From Eledone cirrhosa (taxonomy: Eukaryota), in the NCBI GenBank assembly GCA_964016885.1, contig OZ024742.1, forward strand, positions 325,314,001-325,378,000: DNA of 64,000 bases. The letters run 5' to 3'. This document shows, in pieces, positions 39,399-51,272 of the stretch. The notes below the pieces were generated by a model that had not been told where the DNA came from, did no database searches, and saw nothing but the letters and a program-made list of their open reading frames with translations. The first letter of the stretch is position 1, and every line of letters begins with the position of its first letter. The position numbers and the translations under genes are program-made.

Positions 39399-42300
39399 GG
39401 CGACCTACGTAGTAAATCGTGAGCTCCGCAAAGGTTTGTTATTTCTGTTTGTTAAAAATTGCCACTTATGGAAAATTTTATTGTTAACTGTTTATAAGCA
39501 CACATACATTGTTTTCCGAAAAGGACACCCAAAAAGATTGGGGCCTTGTGCCCAAAATTTTAACTTCTATTATTATCAAAAAATTTCTTTGAAAAAAAAT
39601 GGCTACTTCACCTCTGCACGAAGCAGCTGAAAGCCTTCCTCACAAAATAACACCTCCCACCGACACCACCATTGTAAATGTTACTACGTTTGCTAACACA
39701 AAAAAAAATATAAGCAGTAGCAATATTTTAAATTTGTCTCAGGTAGACATTCATTTCCCGCCATTACCAATGACTGCAGGTGTTAAAGCCTCCACCACCA
39801 CCACCACCGCGACAACAGAAACAAAAGAAGAAAAAAATAAATTAACTCGTGATGTCGAAATGAAATCAAGCAAAATGGACTCTTCCCCACCAAAGACGAC
39901 TGACGTCACCACCACCACAACTGAAACTAAAATTAATATTAACGATAGCAACAACAACAACAATGACATTATAACCCCCCCCCCCCTCAGTTTCGCCAGA
40001 GTAGCAAAACAATTCGAAGCATTTACGGTAACTCAGGAAGATTTAGAAAATGCCAAACAAATGGTAAAGAAAGATGGGTACAGGTTCACCCTCACCCCCC
40101 CCCCCACATAATAAAATGGAGCATCGGCGCCTATGCACCGTGTCGTATAGAACAATAAATGTAAAATCGCGCCGAGTGGAACGGGCATCCGAGTCCCAAA
40201 TCCAAAAAGCCTTGGGACATGTGTGGGCAAGAAAAACCCACATCAGACGTGGGCAAAAGTATGGAACCGTGGACGTGTTCTTTGAAACACCAGAGGAGGC
40301 TAGAGAACACTCCATGGCCCCATTAAAAAGTGACGACTTCACACTCGTCCCAAGCTATTGTGGCCAGAGACTCGTAAAGATCAGGTTGACCCACGTCCAC
40401 CGGCCATCGAAATTCCCTGGCTAATAGCGGCCGTCCTCGCCGGCATCGAAGCCAACACGAAAATAATAGCAATAGCAAAAGAAAAGCAGGAAAACTGGTC
40501 CGGATCTGGGATGGAGCTCCTGATCCAAGCGGACCAAAAAAGCATTGAGGAGATCCCAGAGGTAATAGACCTCACTGACGGCAGCCACCTGACGGTAATT
40601 GTCGAGGGCAGAAGACCTAGGTGTGTCGTTTGTGGTGAAGGAACCCACCTAAGGGCTTTCTGCCCTCAGGCTAAAAGGTTGAGGCCACCTCTCCTACCCA
40701 CCCCAGTGACACAACCATCAACACCACCAGTAGCAGAGATGGCAGCAACAACTGTAGCAGCAACAACAGAAGCAACTATAACAACAACAACCCCAGCAAC
40801 AGTAGCAAAACCAACACCACCACCACCACCACCAGCAAAACCAACACCACCACCACCCAACGCTTCAGAACTAGCACCAGCGCCTACATCATCCACCACG
40901 CCACAACCAAAACTAACGGCTGTGGAGGATTTTCCACTCCCCGGCCTATCACAACTGGAGACAGATTGTGACGACAGGAGTGGGAAATGATATCCGGAAA
41001 AGAAAAAAAGAAACCAAAAAAGAAAAAATTCTCTTCCTTCCCCCTCCAAAAAACAAAATACAGAGGGAAACAATTAAATTAAGAAACAAAAAAGTTAGGA
41101 CAGATATGCCACCATCCACACCAGCATCACCAACCCCATCAACCCAAACACCAACACCATCACCATCATTAACCCCAACACCACCATCACCTACACCACA
41201 AAAGTCACCAAAATGCGAAACAGAAACAAACCCACAACAAACGCAAACAAAACAACCAAAACGATACACACTACACAGCATTAAATTTGAACAACAAGCA
41301 ATTATTACACTACATCCAACACAACACCAGCATCACAGAAAAAGACTACACAACAACCCCAAAATTCACACCACCTCCACACCTACAAATCACTCGCATC
41401 ACACAGAAAACGTACATGACACTAAAACAAAAATTCCCCAAAGACATCGGAGACTTCCGACAAGCACTCTCCAGGAGGATTTATAAGGACATCCTTCCTG
41501 AGGAGGCCACAAGCAGAGAAAAGGATGGAAAAACCGTCCTTCCCCTACGAGAAGTAAGGTAAGTGGTCTTTCCCATCTTTTCCACTCCTTTTCAACATGA
41601 CCTCACTCAGAATAGGCAGCATAAATGCGCGTGGCTTGGGGTCGTCATGGAAGCAGGGCCACCTGCTCAACGACCTCATGTCACTAAACATAGATGTAGT
41701 GGCCATCAGCGAGACCAGAATCTCCGAAGCACAGGCTTTTGCACCGATCTTCGGCGGCTACGATGTGTACGCATCTCCCAGCCGTCCGGGATCGGGGGAG
41801 GAGTTGCTGTGCTTTTTCGGAGAGGTTTGGATCTTGCCATACGGGCCATCTTCCTGGACCCAGAAGGTAAGTTGGTGGTGCTGGACGTGACCAGGGGAGA
41901 CGGGCAAGCTTTCAGGTTAGTGGCCGTCTATGCCCCGACAGGAGCAGGGCGGCCTGATTCCTTCCGGCGTCTGGAGACCTTTCTTGGAACGTCCCGCTCT
42001 TTAGTGTTAGTGGGCGACTGGAACGGGATCTTAGATGCACGCTGATATTGTGTGGGATTAGTGGATAGGGAAGGAGGGTGCAAGAGTCTCACCAACCTGC
42101 TCAGACGTTTTGAACTGTCTGACAGGTACCGAATGGATTTCCCGAATGTACCAATGGGTCATCCAGATCATATCTAGATAGAGTATTTTGTAGGGAAATA
42201 GATAGGTCTAGCATAGGCTGTCCACAATTCAAGATAGTCAGCTACACGGACCACAAATTCGTGATCTGTGTGCTTGACTTAGATAGGCTTCATAGACGAG

Positions 42301-45235
42301 GACCCGGCTACTGGAAGCTAAACGCGTCCTTACCAGCGCGCAAGGCCTACAGAGACCGGATTAGCGAACTAGTTAAGCGGGCGTTGACGGGGGCCATCGT
42401 CAACAACAAGTGGTGGTTTGCTCTGAAAAGAGCAATTAGAATAGAGTCCATTAGGTTTAGTAAAACTTTAGCAATAGAGAAAAATAGAGCAGCGGGAGAA
42501 TTAGTTAGACAATTAGATGAGGCGCTTAGCAAAGGCATCGCGACCGACGTACTTGCGGCGAAATTGGCCCTTGACCAATTCTTCAATGCAAAGCACGAAG
42601 GCTGCGTTGTCAGAGCTAGGGTGCGTGCTCTCGGACACGAGGGGACGAAAGCCGTTCAATGGGCCCGAGTGCAGAGGCGCGTCGTGGCAACAAAGCCACG
42701 ATCCGGTCTTTGGTGGACCACGACGGGCGCATGCTACTCGATCCCGGGAAAATGTGTGAAGCTTTTCAGCGACACTTCACTCAAATGTTCGGGGGCAGTG
42801 GCCGGCCGGATCGAGGGATGGACTTTAGTGTCTACCTCGACGGACTGCCGCGGCTTTCGGCCACTGAGGCGGAGTGTTGCGAAAAGCCGATAACAACCGC
42901 TGAAGTACGGGATGCAATGACTAGTTGCACAAGGGGTAAATCGCCTGGTTTGGATGGTCTGCCCTATGAACTTTACGTACAAATGCCAAACTTGTTCAGA
43001 GGCCTCTTGGCGGACGTCTACTGCAACTAGCAACAGAACGGGAGAATTCCCAGCTCTGTGAGCCGAGGAGCGGTGGCGCTGCTGAGAAAGGATCCGAACA
43101 AGGGGGATAACATAGATAATTTTAGGGCCATAACTCTGCTAAACACAGAGTTCAAGATTTTGGCCAAGGTGCTAGCAAAGAGGTTGGCGCTTGTCGTTGG
43201 TGGTCTGGTGGGAGAGGCACAGAAATGCGCCATTCCCGACAGATCCATCCACGACAACCTCCACCTCATGCGATACATCGTAGAGAGGGTAGCTAGGGAA
43301 CCTGGCACGGGTGGGTCTTTGATCAATTTAGATCAGTCGAAAGCCTTCGATAGGGTCGACCATCGTTACCTAACGGCAGTCCTGAGGGCGGCTGGCTTTG
43401 GGCCCGTCTTCAGAGGCTGGATCGCTGCCATGCACAGCGACATCTGCTCTGTAGTGAGAGTGAACGGTCACCTTTCGGAACCGTTCAACATCATGCGCTC
43501 GGTCCGCCAAGGATGTTCCCTCTCGTCCCTATTGTACGTATTGACTCTCGAGCCATTACTGCACAAACTGGAGACGTTGAGGGTGGTCCCGCGCGAACTA
43601 GGATGCGGAAGATCTGTGTCAGCATATGCCGACGATGTCACCGTAGTGGTGTCGAACGCCAAACACATCGAGGCGATCGGCACTACACTAAGAGAATACG
43701 AAGCGGTGACAGGAGCAATGATCAACCAGGAAAAGTCAGTGGGCCTGCAGCTCGGCACCTGGAGAGGCAGGTCCATGCCGTCCAACAGCGTCGTCGGGCG
43801 CTGGACGGACGGACCGGTTAAATTGCTAGGGGTCTGGTTCGGTCCAGACCTCCAGACGGACAAAAACTGGGACGAGGTGACGAGCAGGGTGGCTTCTCTC
43901 ACCCAGAAATGGGCCGAGAGGAAGCTATCCCTGAAAGGTCGAGCGGAGGTGGCGAATGCGTACATCGCATCCGTCATCTACTACCGCCTGACCGTCGTAC
44001 CTTGTCCTAAGCCCCGCCTGACTGCGCTGGAGCGTTTGCTCTTTCGCTTCTTGTGGAAGGGACGCGCTCCGATGGTCAGGCGGTCCATCTGCTGTCAACA
44101 CCCGCTACGTGGAGGGCTGGGCATGCCGTGGCTGATGATGCGCAGACACGCGCTCAGGCTACGACATCTCCACCTCTTCCTCGACGGTGATCAGGTGTGG
44201 TCGCCGTTTGCAAGACACGTTTTTCCCCAGCTCGTCTCCTTGACGGAGCTGCAGTCCTGGGTCAAGCGAAGACCGAGAGGGAGCGCTTGGAGACTGGAAT
44301 GTCTTCAGGCGCTCACAGCCCTCGACCAATCGGGCAATGTGTTCGGTGGAAACTCCACCTTGGCGTTCTATAGAGGATTAGTGGAGGTGGAAGAGCGACG
44401 ACGTACTTGGAGAAACTCTCGGCGTCGACGAAAATCAACTAGCCAATCTCTTCGGAAGGACTTTCGGGCCGGGGCCTATGGACAACTTCCAGAAATCCCT
44501 GGCCTGGCAGTGCTACCGAGGAGCTTTGCCAGTTCGGGATAAACTCTACAGGCATGGAGGTGCCGTCAGCCGGGCATGTCCGAGATGCGCGCAGGGCGAC
44601 GAAACCGTCCTGCACGCACTCGTCCAGTGTCCGAAAATTGCTGACTTGTGGGTTTATGTCGAACACCTGCTGTCACGTGTAGGACGGATCCGGCTATCAG
44701 CTGAGTCCATCGTGAGGATTGCTCCGCCCCCTTCCTTTAGCCGGGAAGGGCAGGCAGTTTTTATCTGTCTGGTGGCCATGGCGAAAGAGATAGTGTGGTG
44801 GACACGTTTGAAAGGGCTGAAGACGAGCACTTACCTCTTCGGTGATGCCCTGATTAACTTTTTCAAATTTCATTTGAAAAGGAAAATCAGGGTAGAGAGG
44901 GAAGTGCTCTCTTCCCAGCATTTTGTTGAAAGATGGGTGAGAGAAGCAAGTATGGCCCGAATGAATGGGCCTTCTCTGAGTATGTGTCTGTAAATTAAAG
45001 GTGGAAAACTGGGAGAGGGCACTTGCCCTGGTGGTCAGGGCCACTGTGGTCTTTTAATGGGCTTTCTCCACAATGTCCCTTGGAAGTCTCCCCCCTATTG
45101 GGGAATTTTTCTTTGTTATTTTATTTCAACCTCTGTTTTTTTACACGCAGAAATGTCCATTTGTACCGTCCTGTATTGTCCTGTACTGTCCTTAATGTCT
45201 ACTTTATGTGAACCCTTGTGGTTAATAAAGAAAAC
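39399..45235 (+). mobile_element. L1/Tx1-clade LINE copy B, full length, distinct 5'UTR/ORF1, both ORFs disrupted
   Basis: ORF1 pieces at 39599-41562 with the CVVCGEGTHLRAFC knuckle. ORF2 pieces at 41597-44993 are near-identical to copy C. (ATT)n on both sides. Confidence 0.9.
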
Positions 45236-45475
45236 ATTATTATTATTATTATTATTATTATTGAATGCCATGGTTGACGGAGGCTCGGCTCTGTAAGGTA
45301 TAGTAATTTTTAACCGTTAAAACAATTGTAAATTGTTTAAAACTTGAACCAAATTGTTGATAAAGACACCCTCCTCCTCGTGAGAGGGGTCTTTCTGTCC
45401 GTTATTTGGCCCTTCGGGGTTAAATAACCAGTTATTGGGGTTTTGTACCCAAAATTTCATTTTAAACAAAAAAAC

Positions 45476-47524
45476 ATGGCTACCAAAAAGAAATTTCATA
45501 CGTCACTCCCACTCATTCCGTCTTCTTCTTCCTCAATCATCACTACAGCAGAGAGAAGATTGTCTCTCTCCCTCCCTTCTTTAAATGTGTCTCTCTCCCT
45601 CCCTTCTCTTTCGCAAGCGACGAAAGAAAAGAAAAGTCTCGTGCAAAGCGTGCAAGGTTTCTCCACGACGACGACGACAGCGACGAAACAGGTGTGCGGG
45701 AAATACGAAAACCCAGTTCATTCGTCTGACGTCAGGAATAATAGCAGTAGCAGCCGTAATAACAACAGCAACAGTGACAATGAAAACAACAGTAGCAGCC
45801 GCAACAGCATCACCAGCAACACCAACAACAACCACAGCAACAGCGGCGGAGGCAGTAGTCGTAGTACCTGCAGCAACAACAAAAGTACCAGCAGCTCTGA
45901 CGGCAACAACAACAGCAGAGAAAAACCAATCTCATTTGCAGGTATTGCGAAAAACTTGGAAACAATCCTCATAACAAATGAGGAATTAGAGGAAGCGAAG
46001 AAGATGGTGACAAAGAACGGACACCGAGCAATCTGCAAGGCAGCGGAAAAATTTTTCGAAACCCAAGAGCACTGTACGGTCACGTACCGTACAGTAAGTA
46101 CAAAATCCCGTAGGGTGGAAAGAGCCACAGAGGCCCAAATACAAAATGCCTTGGGGTCTGTGTGGCAGCGGAAAACGCACATCACCCGAGGCAAAAAATA
46201 TGCCACCGTAGACGTACTTTTTGCCACACCTCAGGAGGCAAAAGCCCAATCAGTAGTGACCCTAAGGAGCGAGGAAATGGTGTTGGTGCCCTCCTACTGC
46301 GGGCAAAAAATTGTGAGGGTCAAACTGACCCACGTCCCCCCCGGAATGACCCCTTCTTGGCTGGCCGCGTCTGTCCTAATCGGAATCGAGGACAAAACAA
46401 CTGTACTGCAAGTACAGAAAAAAGTAAGAGAAGATTGGGTCGGCTCCTCCATTGAGATGCTAATCCAAACCAACCAGGAGTGCATCGAAGCTATCCCGGA
46501 TGTGATAGACTTCGATAACGGCACTCAACTGCCCATAAGTGTTGAGGGCAAACGCCCGAAATGCTTTCGCTGTGGATCGAAGACTCACCTCAGGGCCTTC
46601 TGCAACGAGAAGACCCTGAGAAAGGAGAAAACCCCCCTCCTTCCGAATCCGGCTCCACGGCTACCAGCAACAGGACAAGCGGCAACCAGGAACGATAGGT
46701 CCGTGGCACCCATACCCACTCCACGGAAATCAAAAACAGCAGCAGCAGTGGAAATATTAACAACAACAACAGCAATACCAAATGCAGCTGCAACAGAGAC
46801 TCCAGTGCAAACATCACCAACAACAAGTGAAAGAGTGGAGCTGGTACCCCTCCCCGACCTCACAGAATCAGACATGGAGTGTGAGGTGGGAGAGGGATGG
46901 CAAAAGGTCGTAAGAAGGCACAAACGCAGAAGCAGCGCATCGTCGCCTTTGAAAAGGGAGGAAAGAAATGAGAAAAGGGTAAAGTCTACTGCAAAGAGAC
47001 CCACAGCAGCAACAACACCAACACCATCACCACCCACACTAGCACCACCATCACCACCGCCAACAACACCTTTAACACCACCACCACAAGCACCAACATC
47101 GCAAACACAACAACAAAACACACACACCCAGCAACAACGACAAGAAAATAGCAGAACCACACCCCACCCCCAGAAAAACAAATGCACGGCAATAAACACA
47201 CACAACAAGAAACTAATGACTTACATAATTGAACACACAGACATTTCACAACAGGACTACATAATACCAGCACCAATCAAAACGCCAACTAACATAAGAC
47301 TGCTAAAAATAGCACAGAAACAATACACAAACATTAAAACGAAATTCCCCAACGCAGTTGGTGATTTCAGGGACCTAGGAGGAACCATTAATCGAAGAGT
47401 ATATTCAGACATTCTCTTAGAAGAGCCGACGACCAGCCGAAGGGACGATTCAACGGTCCCTTCACCAGACGATCAAGTGAAAAGGGATGTAAAAACCATC
47501 CCTCCTCTACCAAAAATACGGTAA
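45476..47524 (+). CDS. LINE ORF1 protein (gag-like CCHC zinc knuckle)
   Basis: ATG in aaaacATGG context; S/N-rich N-terminus, RRM-like middle, CFRCGSKTHLRAFC (CX2CX4HX4C), P/T-rich linker. Confidence 0.88.
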   Translation: MATKKKFHTSLPLIPSSSSSIITTAERRLSLSLPSLNVSLSLPSLSQATKEKKSLVQSVQGFSTTTTTATKQVCGKYENPVHSSDVRNNSSSSRNNNSNSDNENNSSSRNSITSNTNNNHSNSGGGSSRSTCSNNKSTSSSDGNNNSREKPISFAGIAKNLETILITNEELEEAKKMVTKNGHRAICKAAEKFFETQEHCTVTYRTVSTKSRRVERATEAQIQNALGSVWQRKTHITRGKKYATVDVLFATPQEAKAQSVVTLRSEEMVLVPSYCGQKIVRVKLTHVPPGMTPSWLAASVLIGIEDKTTVLQVQKKVREDWVGSSIEMLIQTNQECIEAIPDVIDFDNGTQLPISVEGKRPKCFRCGSKTHLRAFCNEKTLRKEKTPLLPNPAPRLPATGQAATRNDRSVAPIPTPRKSKTAAAVEILTTTTAIPNAAATETPVQTSPTTSERVELVPLPDLTESDMECEVGEGWQKVVRRHKRRSSASSPLKREERNEKRVKSTAKRPTAATTPTPSPPTLAPPSPPPTTPLTPPPQAPTSQTQQQNTHTQQQRQENSRTTPHPQKNKCTAINTHNKKLMTYIIEHTDISQQDYIIPAPIKTPTNIRLLKIAQKQYTNIKTKFPNAVGDFRDLGGTINRRVYSDILLEEPTTSRRDDSTVPSPDDQVKRDVKTIPPLPKIR

Positions 47525-47559
47525 GTGGTCTTTCCCATCTTTTCCACTCTATTTTAAAC

Positions 47560-50500
47560 ATGACCTCACTCAGAATAGGCAGCATAAATGCGCGTGGCTT
47601 GGGGTCGTCATGGAAGCAGGGTCACCTGCTCAACGACCTCAGGTCACTAAACATAGATGTAGTGGCCATCAGCGAGACCAGAATCTCCGAAGCACGGGCC
47701 TTCGCACCGATCTTCGGCGGCTACGATGTGTACGCATCTCCCAGCCGTCCTGGATCCGGTGGAGGAGTTGCTGTACTTTTTCGGAGAGGTTTGGATCTCG
47801 CCATACGGGCCATCTTCCTGGACCCAGAGGGTAAGCTGGTGGTGCTGGACGTGACCAGCGGAGACGGGCAATCTTTCAGGCTAGTGGCCGTCTATGCCCC
47901 GACAGGAGCAGGGCGGCCTGATTTCTTCCGGCGTCTGGAGACCTTTCTTGGAACGTCCCGCTCTTTAGTGTTAGTGGGCGACTGGAACGGGATCTTAGAT
48001 GCACGCTGGGACTGTGTGGGATTAGCGGATAGGGGTGGAGGGTGCAAGAGCCTCACCAACCTGCTCAGGCGTTTTGAACTGTCTGACAGGTACCGATTGG
48101 ATTTCCCGAATGTGCCAATGTGGACTTGGACAAACCGCATAGGGTCATCCAGATCATATCTAGATAGAGTATTTTGTAGGGAAATAGATAGGTCTAGCAT
48201 AGGCTGTCCACAATTCAAGATAGTCAGCTACACGGACCACAAATTCGTGATCTGTGTGCTTGACTTAGATAGGCTTCATAGACGAGGACCCGGCTACTGG
48301 AAGCTAAACGCGTCCTTACCAGCGCGCAAGGCCTACAGAGACCGGATTAGCGAACTAGTTAAGCGGGCGTTGACGGGGGCCATCGTCAACAACAAGTGGT
48401 GGTTTGCTCTGAAAAGAGCGATTAGAATAGAATCGATTAGGTTTAGTAAGGCTTTAGCAATAGAGAAAAATAGAGCAGAGGGAGAACTAGTTAGAAAATT
48501 AGACGAGGCGCTTAGCAAAGGCATTGCGACCGACGTGCTTGCGGCGAAATTGGCCCTTGACCAATTCTTCAATGCAAAGCACGAAGGCTGCGTTGTCAGA
48601 GCTAGGGTGCGTGCTCTCAGACACGAGGGGACGAAAGCCGTTCAATGGGCCCGAGTGGCGGAGGCGCGTCGTGGCAACAAAGCCACGATCCGGTCTTTGG
48701 TGGACCACGACGGGCGCATGCTACTCGATCCCGGGCAAATGTGTGAAGCTTTTCAGCGACACTTCGCTCAGCTGTTCGGGGGCAGCGGGGGGCCGGGTAG
48801 AGGGATGGACTTTAGTGTCTACCTCGACGGACTGCCGCGGCTCTCGGCCACTGAGGCGAAGTGTTGCGAAAAGCCGATAACAGCCGCTGAAGTACGGGAG
48901 GCAATGACTGGCTGCACAAGGGGTAAATCGCCTGGTTTGGATGGTCTGCCCTATGAACTTTACGTACAGATGCCAGACTTGTTCGGAGGCCTCTTGGCGG
49001 ACGTCTACTGCAACTGGCAACAGAACGGGAGAATTCCCAGTTCTGTGAGCCGAGGAGCGGTGGCACTGCTGAGAAAGGATCCGAACAAGGGGGATAACAT
49101 AGACAATTTCCGGCCCATAACTCTGCTAAACACAGAGTTTAAGATTTTGGCCAAGGTGCTAGCAAAGAGGTTGGCGCTTGTCGTTGGTGGTCTGGTGGGA
49201 GAGGCGCAGACATGCGCCATTCCCGACAGATCCATCCACGACAACCTCCACCTCATGCGATACATCGTAGAGAGGGTAGCTAGGGAACCTGGCACGGGTG
49301 GGTCCTTGATCAATTTAGATCAGTCGAAAGCTTTCGATAGGGTCGACCATCGTTACCTAGCGGCAGTCCTGAGGGCGGCTGGCTTTGGGCCCGTCTTCAG
49401 AGGCTGGATCGCTGCCATGCACAGCGACATCTGCTCTGTGGTGAGAGTGAACGGTCACCTGTCGGAACCGTTCAACATCATGCGCTCGGTCCGCCAAGGA
49501 TGTCCCCTCTCGTCCCTCTTGTACGTATTGACTCTCGAGCCATTACTGCACAAACTGGAGACGTTGAGGGGAGTCCCGCGCGAACTAGGATGCGGAAGAT
49601 CCGTGTCAGCATATGCGGACGATGTCACCGTAGTGGTGTCGAACGCCAAACACATCGAGGCGATCGGCACTACACTAAGAGAATACGAAGCGGTGACAGG
49701 AGCAATGATCAACCAGGAAAAGTCAGTGGGCCTGCAGCTCGGCACCTGGAGAGGCAGGTCCATGCCGTCCAACAGCGTCGTCGGGCGCTGGACGGACGGA
49801 CCGGTTAAATTGCTAGGGGTCTGGTTCGGTCCGGACCTCCAGACGGACAAAAACTGGGACGAGGTGACGAGCAGGGTGGCTTCTCTCACCCAGAAATGGG
49901 CGGAGAGGAAGCTATCCCTGAAAGGTCGAGCGGAGGTGGCTAACGCGTACATCGCGTCTGTCATCTGCTACCGCCTAACCGTCGTACCTTGTCCTAAGCC
50001 TCGCCTGACTGCGCTGGAGCGTTTGCTCTTTCGCTTTTTGTGGATGGGACGTGCTCCGATGGTCAGGCGGTCCATCTGTTGTCAACACCCGCTACGTGGA
50101 GGGCTGGGCATGCCGTGGCTGATGATGCGCAGGCACGCGCTCAGGCTACGACATCTCCACCTCTTCCTCGACGGTGATCAGGTGTGGTCGCCGTTTGCTA
50201 GACGCGTTTTTCCCCAGCTCGTTTCCTTGACGGAGCTGCAGTCCTGGGTCAAGCGAAGACCGAGAGGGAGCGCCTGGAGACTGGAATGTCTTCAGGCGCT
50301 CACAGCCCTCGACCAATCGGGCAATGTGATCGGTGGAAACTCCACCTCGGCGTTCTATAGAGGATTAGTGGAGGGGAAGAGCGACGACGTACTTGGGGAA
50401 ACTCTAGGCGTCGACGAAAATCAACTAGCCAATCTCTTCGGAAGAACTTTCGGGCCAGGGCCTATGGACAACTTCCAGAAATCTCTGGCCTGGCAGTGCT

Positions 50501-50979
50501 ACCGAGGAGCCTTGCCAGTTCGGGATAAACTCTACAGGCATGGAGGTGCCGTCAGCCGGGCATGTCCGAGATGCGCGCAGGGCGACGAAACCGTCCTGCA
50601 CGCACTCGTCCAGTGTCCGAAAATTGCTGACTTGTGGGTTTATGTCGAACACCTGCTGTCGCGTTTAGGACGGATCCAGCTATCATCTGAGTCTATCGTG
50701 AGGATTGCCCCGCCCTCCTCCTTTAGCCGGGAAGGGCAGGCAGTTTTTATCTGTCTGGTGGCCATGGCGAAAGAGATAGTATGGTGGACACGTTTGAAAG
50801 GGCTGAAGACGAGCACTTACCTCTTCGGTGATGCTCTGATTGACTTTTTCAAATTTCATTTGAAAAGGAAAATCAGAGTAGAGAGGGAAGTGCTCTCTTC
50901 CCAGCATTTTGTTGAAAGATGGGTGAGAGAAGCAAGAATGGCCCGAGTGAATGGGCCGACTCTGAGTATATATCTGTAA
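47560..50979 (+). CDS. LINE ORF2: APE endonuclease + reverse transcriptase + C-terminal zinc finger (1139 aa)
   Basis: SINARG, SETR, VYAP, GDWN, YLDR, TDH; KSPGLDG, FRPITLLN, DQSKAFD, VRQGCPLS, YADD; CPRC..ETVLHALVQC. Confidence 0.95.
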   Translation: MTSLRIGSINARGLGSSWKQGHLLNDLRSLNIDVVAISETRISEARAFAPIFGGYDVYASPSRPGSGGGVAVLFRRGLDLAIRAIFLDPEGKLVVLDVTSGDGQSFRLVAVYAPTGAGRPDFFRRLETFLGTSRSLVLVGDWNGILDARWDCVGLADRGGGCKSLTNLLRRFELSDRYRLDFPNVPMWTWTNRIGSSRSYLDRVFCREIDRSSIGCPQFKIVSYTDHKFVICVLDLDRLHRRGPGYWKLNASLPARKAYRDRISELVKRALTGAIVNNKWWFALKRAIRIESIRFSKALAIEKNRAEGELVRKLDEALSKGIATDVLAAKLALDQFFNAKHEGCVVRARVRALRHEGTKAVQWARVAEARRGNKATIRSLVDHDGRMLLDPGQMCEAFQRHFAQLFGGSGGPGRGMDFSVYLDGLPRLSATEAKCCEKPITAAEVREAMTGCTRGKSPGLDGLPYELYVQMPDLFGGLLADVYCNWQQNGRIPSSVSRGAVALLRKDPNKGDNIDNFRPITLLNTEFKILAKVLAKRLALVVGGLVGEAQTCAIPDRSIHDNLHLMRYIVERVAREPGTGGSLINLDQSKAFDRVDHRYLAAVLRAAGFGPVFRGWIAAMHSDICSVVRVNGHLSEPFNIMRSVRQGCPLSSLLYVLTLEPLLHKLETLRGVPRELGCGRSVSAYADDVTVVVSNAKHIEAIGTTLREYEAVTGAMINQEKSVGLQLGTWRGRSMPSNSVVGRWTDGPVKLLGVWFGPDLQTDKNWDEVTSRVASLTQKWAERKLSLKGRAEVANAYIASVICYRLTVVPCPKPRLTALERLLFRFLWMGRAPMVRRSICCQHPLRGGLGMPWLMMRRHALRLRHLHLFLDGDQVWSPFARRVFPQLVSLTELQSWVKRRPRGSAWRLECLQALTALDQSGNVIGGNSTSAFYRGLVEGKSDDVLGETLGVDENQLANLFGRTFGPGPMDNFQKSLAWQCYRGALPVRDKLYRHGGAVSRACPRCAQGDETVLHALVQCPKIADLWVYVEHLLSRLGRIQLSSESIVRIAPPSSFSREGQAVFICLVAMAKEIVWWTRLKGLKTSTYLFGDALIDFFKFHLKRKIRVEREVLSSQHFVERWVREARMARVNGPTLSIYL

Positions 50980-51240
50980 ACTAAAGGTGGAAAACTGGGA
51001 GAGGGCACTTGCCTTGGTGGTCAGGGTCATTGTGGCTTTTTACTGGGCTTTCTCCACAAATGTCCCTCCGAAGTCTCCCCCCTATTGGGGAATTTTTCAT
51101 TGTTATTTTCATTGTTATTTTTGTTACATCCTCTGTTTTTGTTTTTTTTACACGCAGAAATGCCCATTTGTACCGTCCTGCATTGTCCTGCACTGTCCTT
51201 AATGTCTACTTTATGTAAACCCTTGTGGTTAATAAAGAAA

Positions 51241-51272
<32 letters not shown>

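Larger units (their letters stand above)
45263..51242 (+). mobile_element. L1/Tx1-clade LINE copy C, full length, intact ORFs
   Basis: 5'UTR, ORF1, ORF2 and 3'UTR with AATAAA; (ATT)9 upstream and (ATT)10 downstream. Confidence 0.93.
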
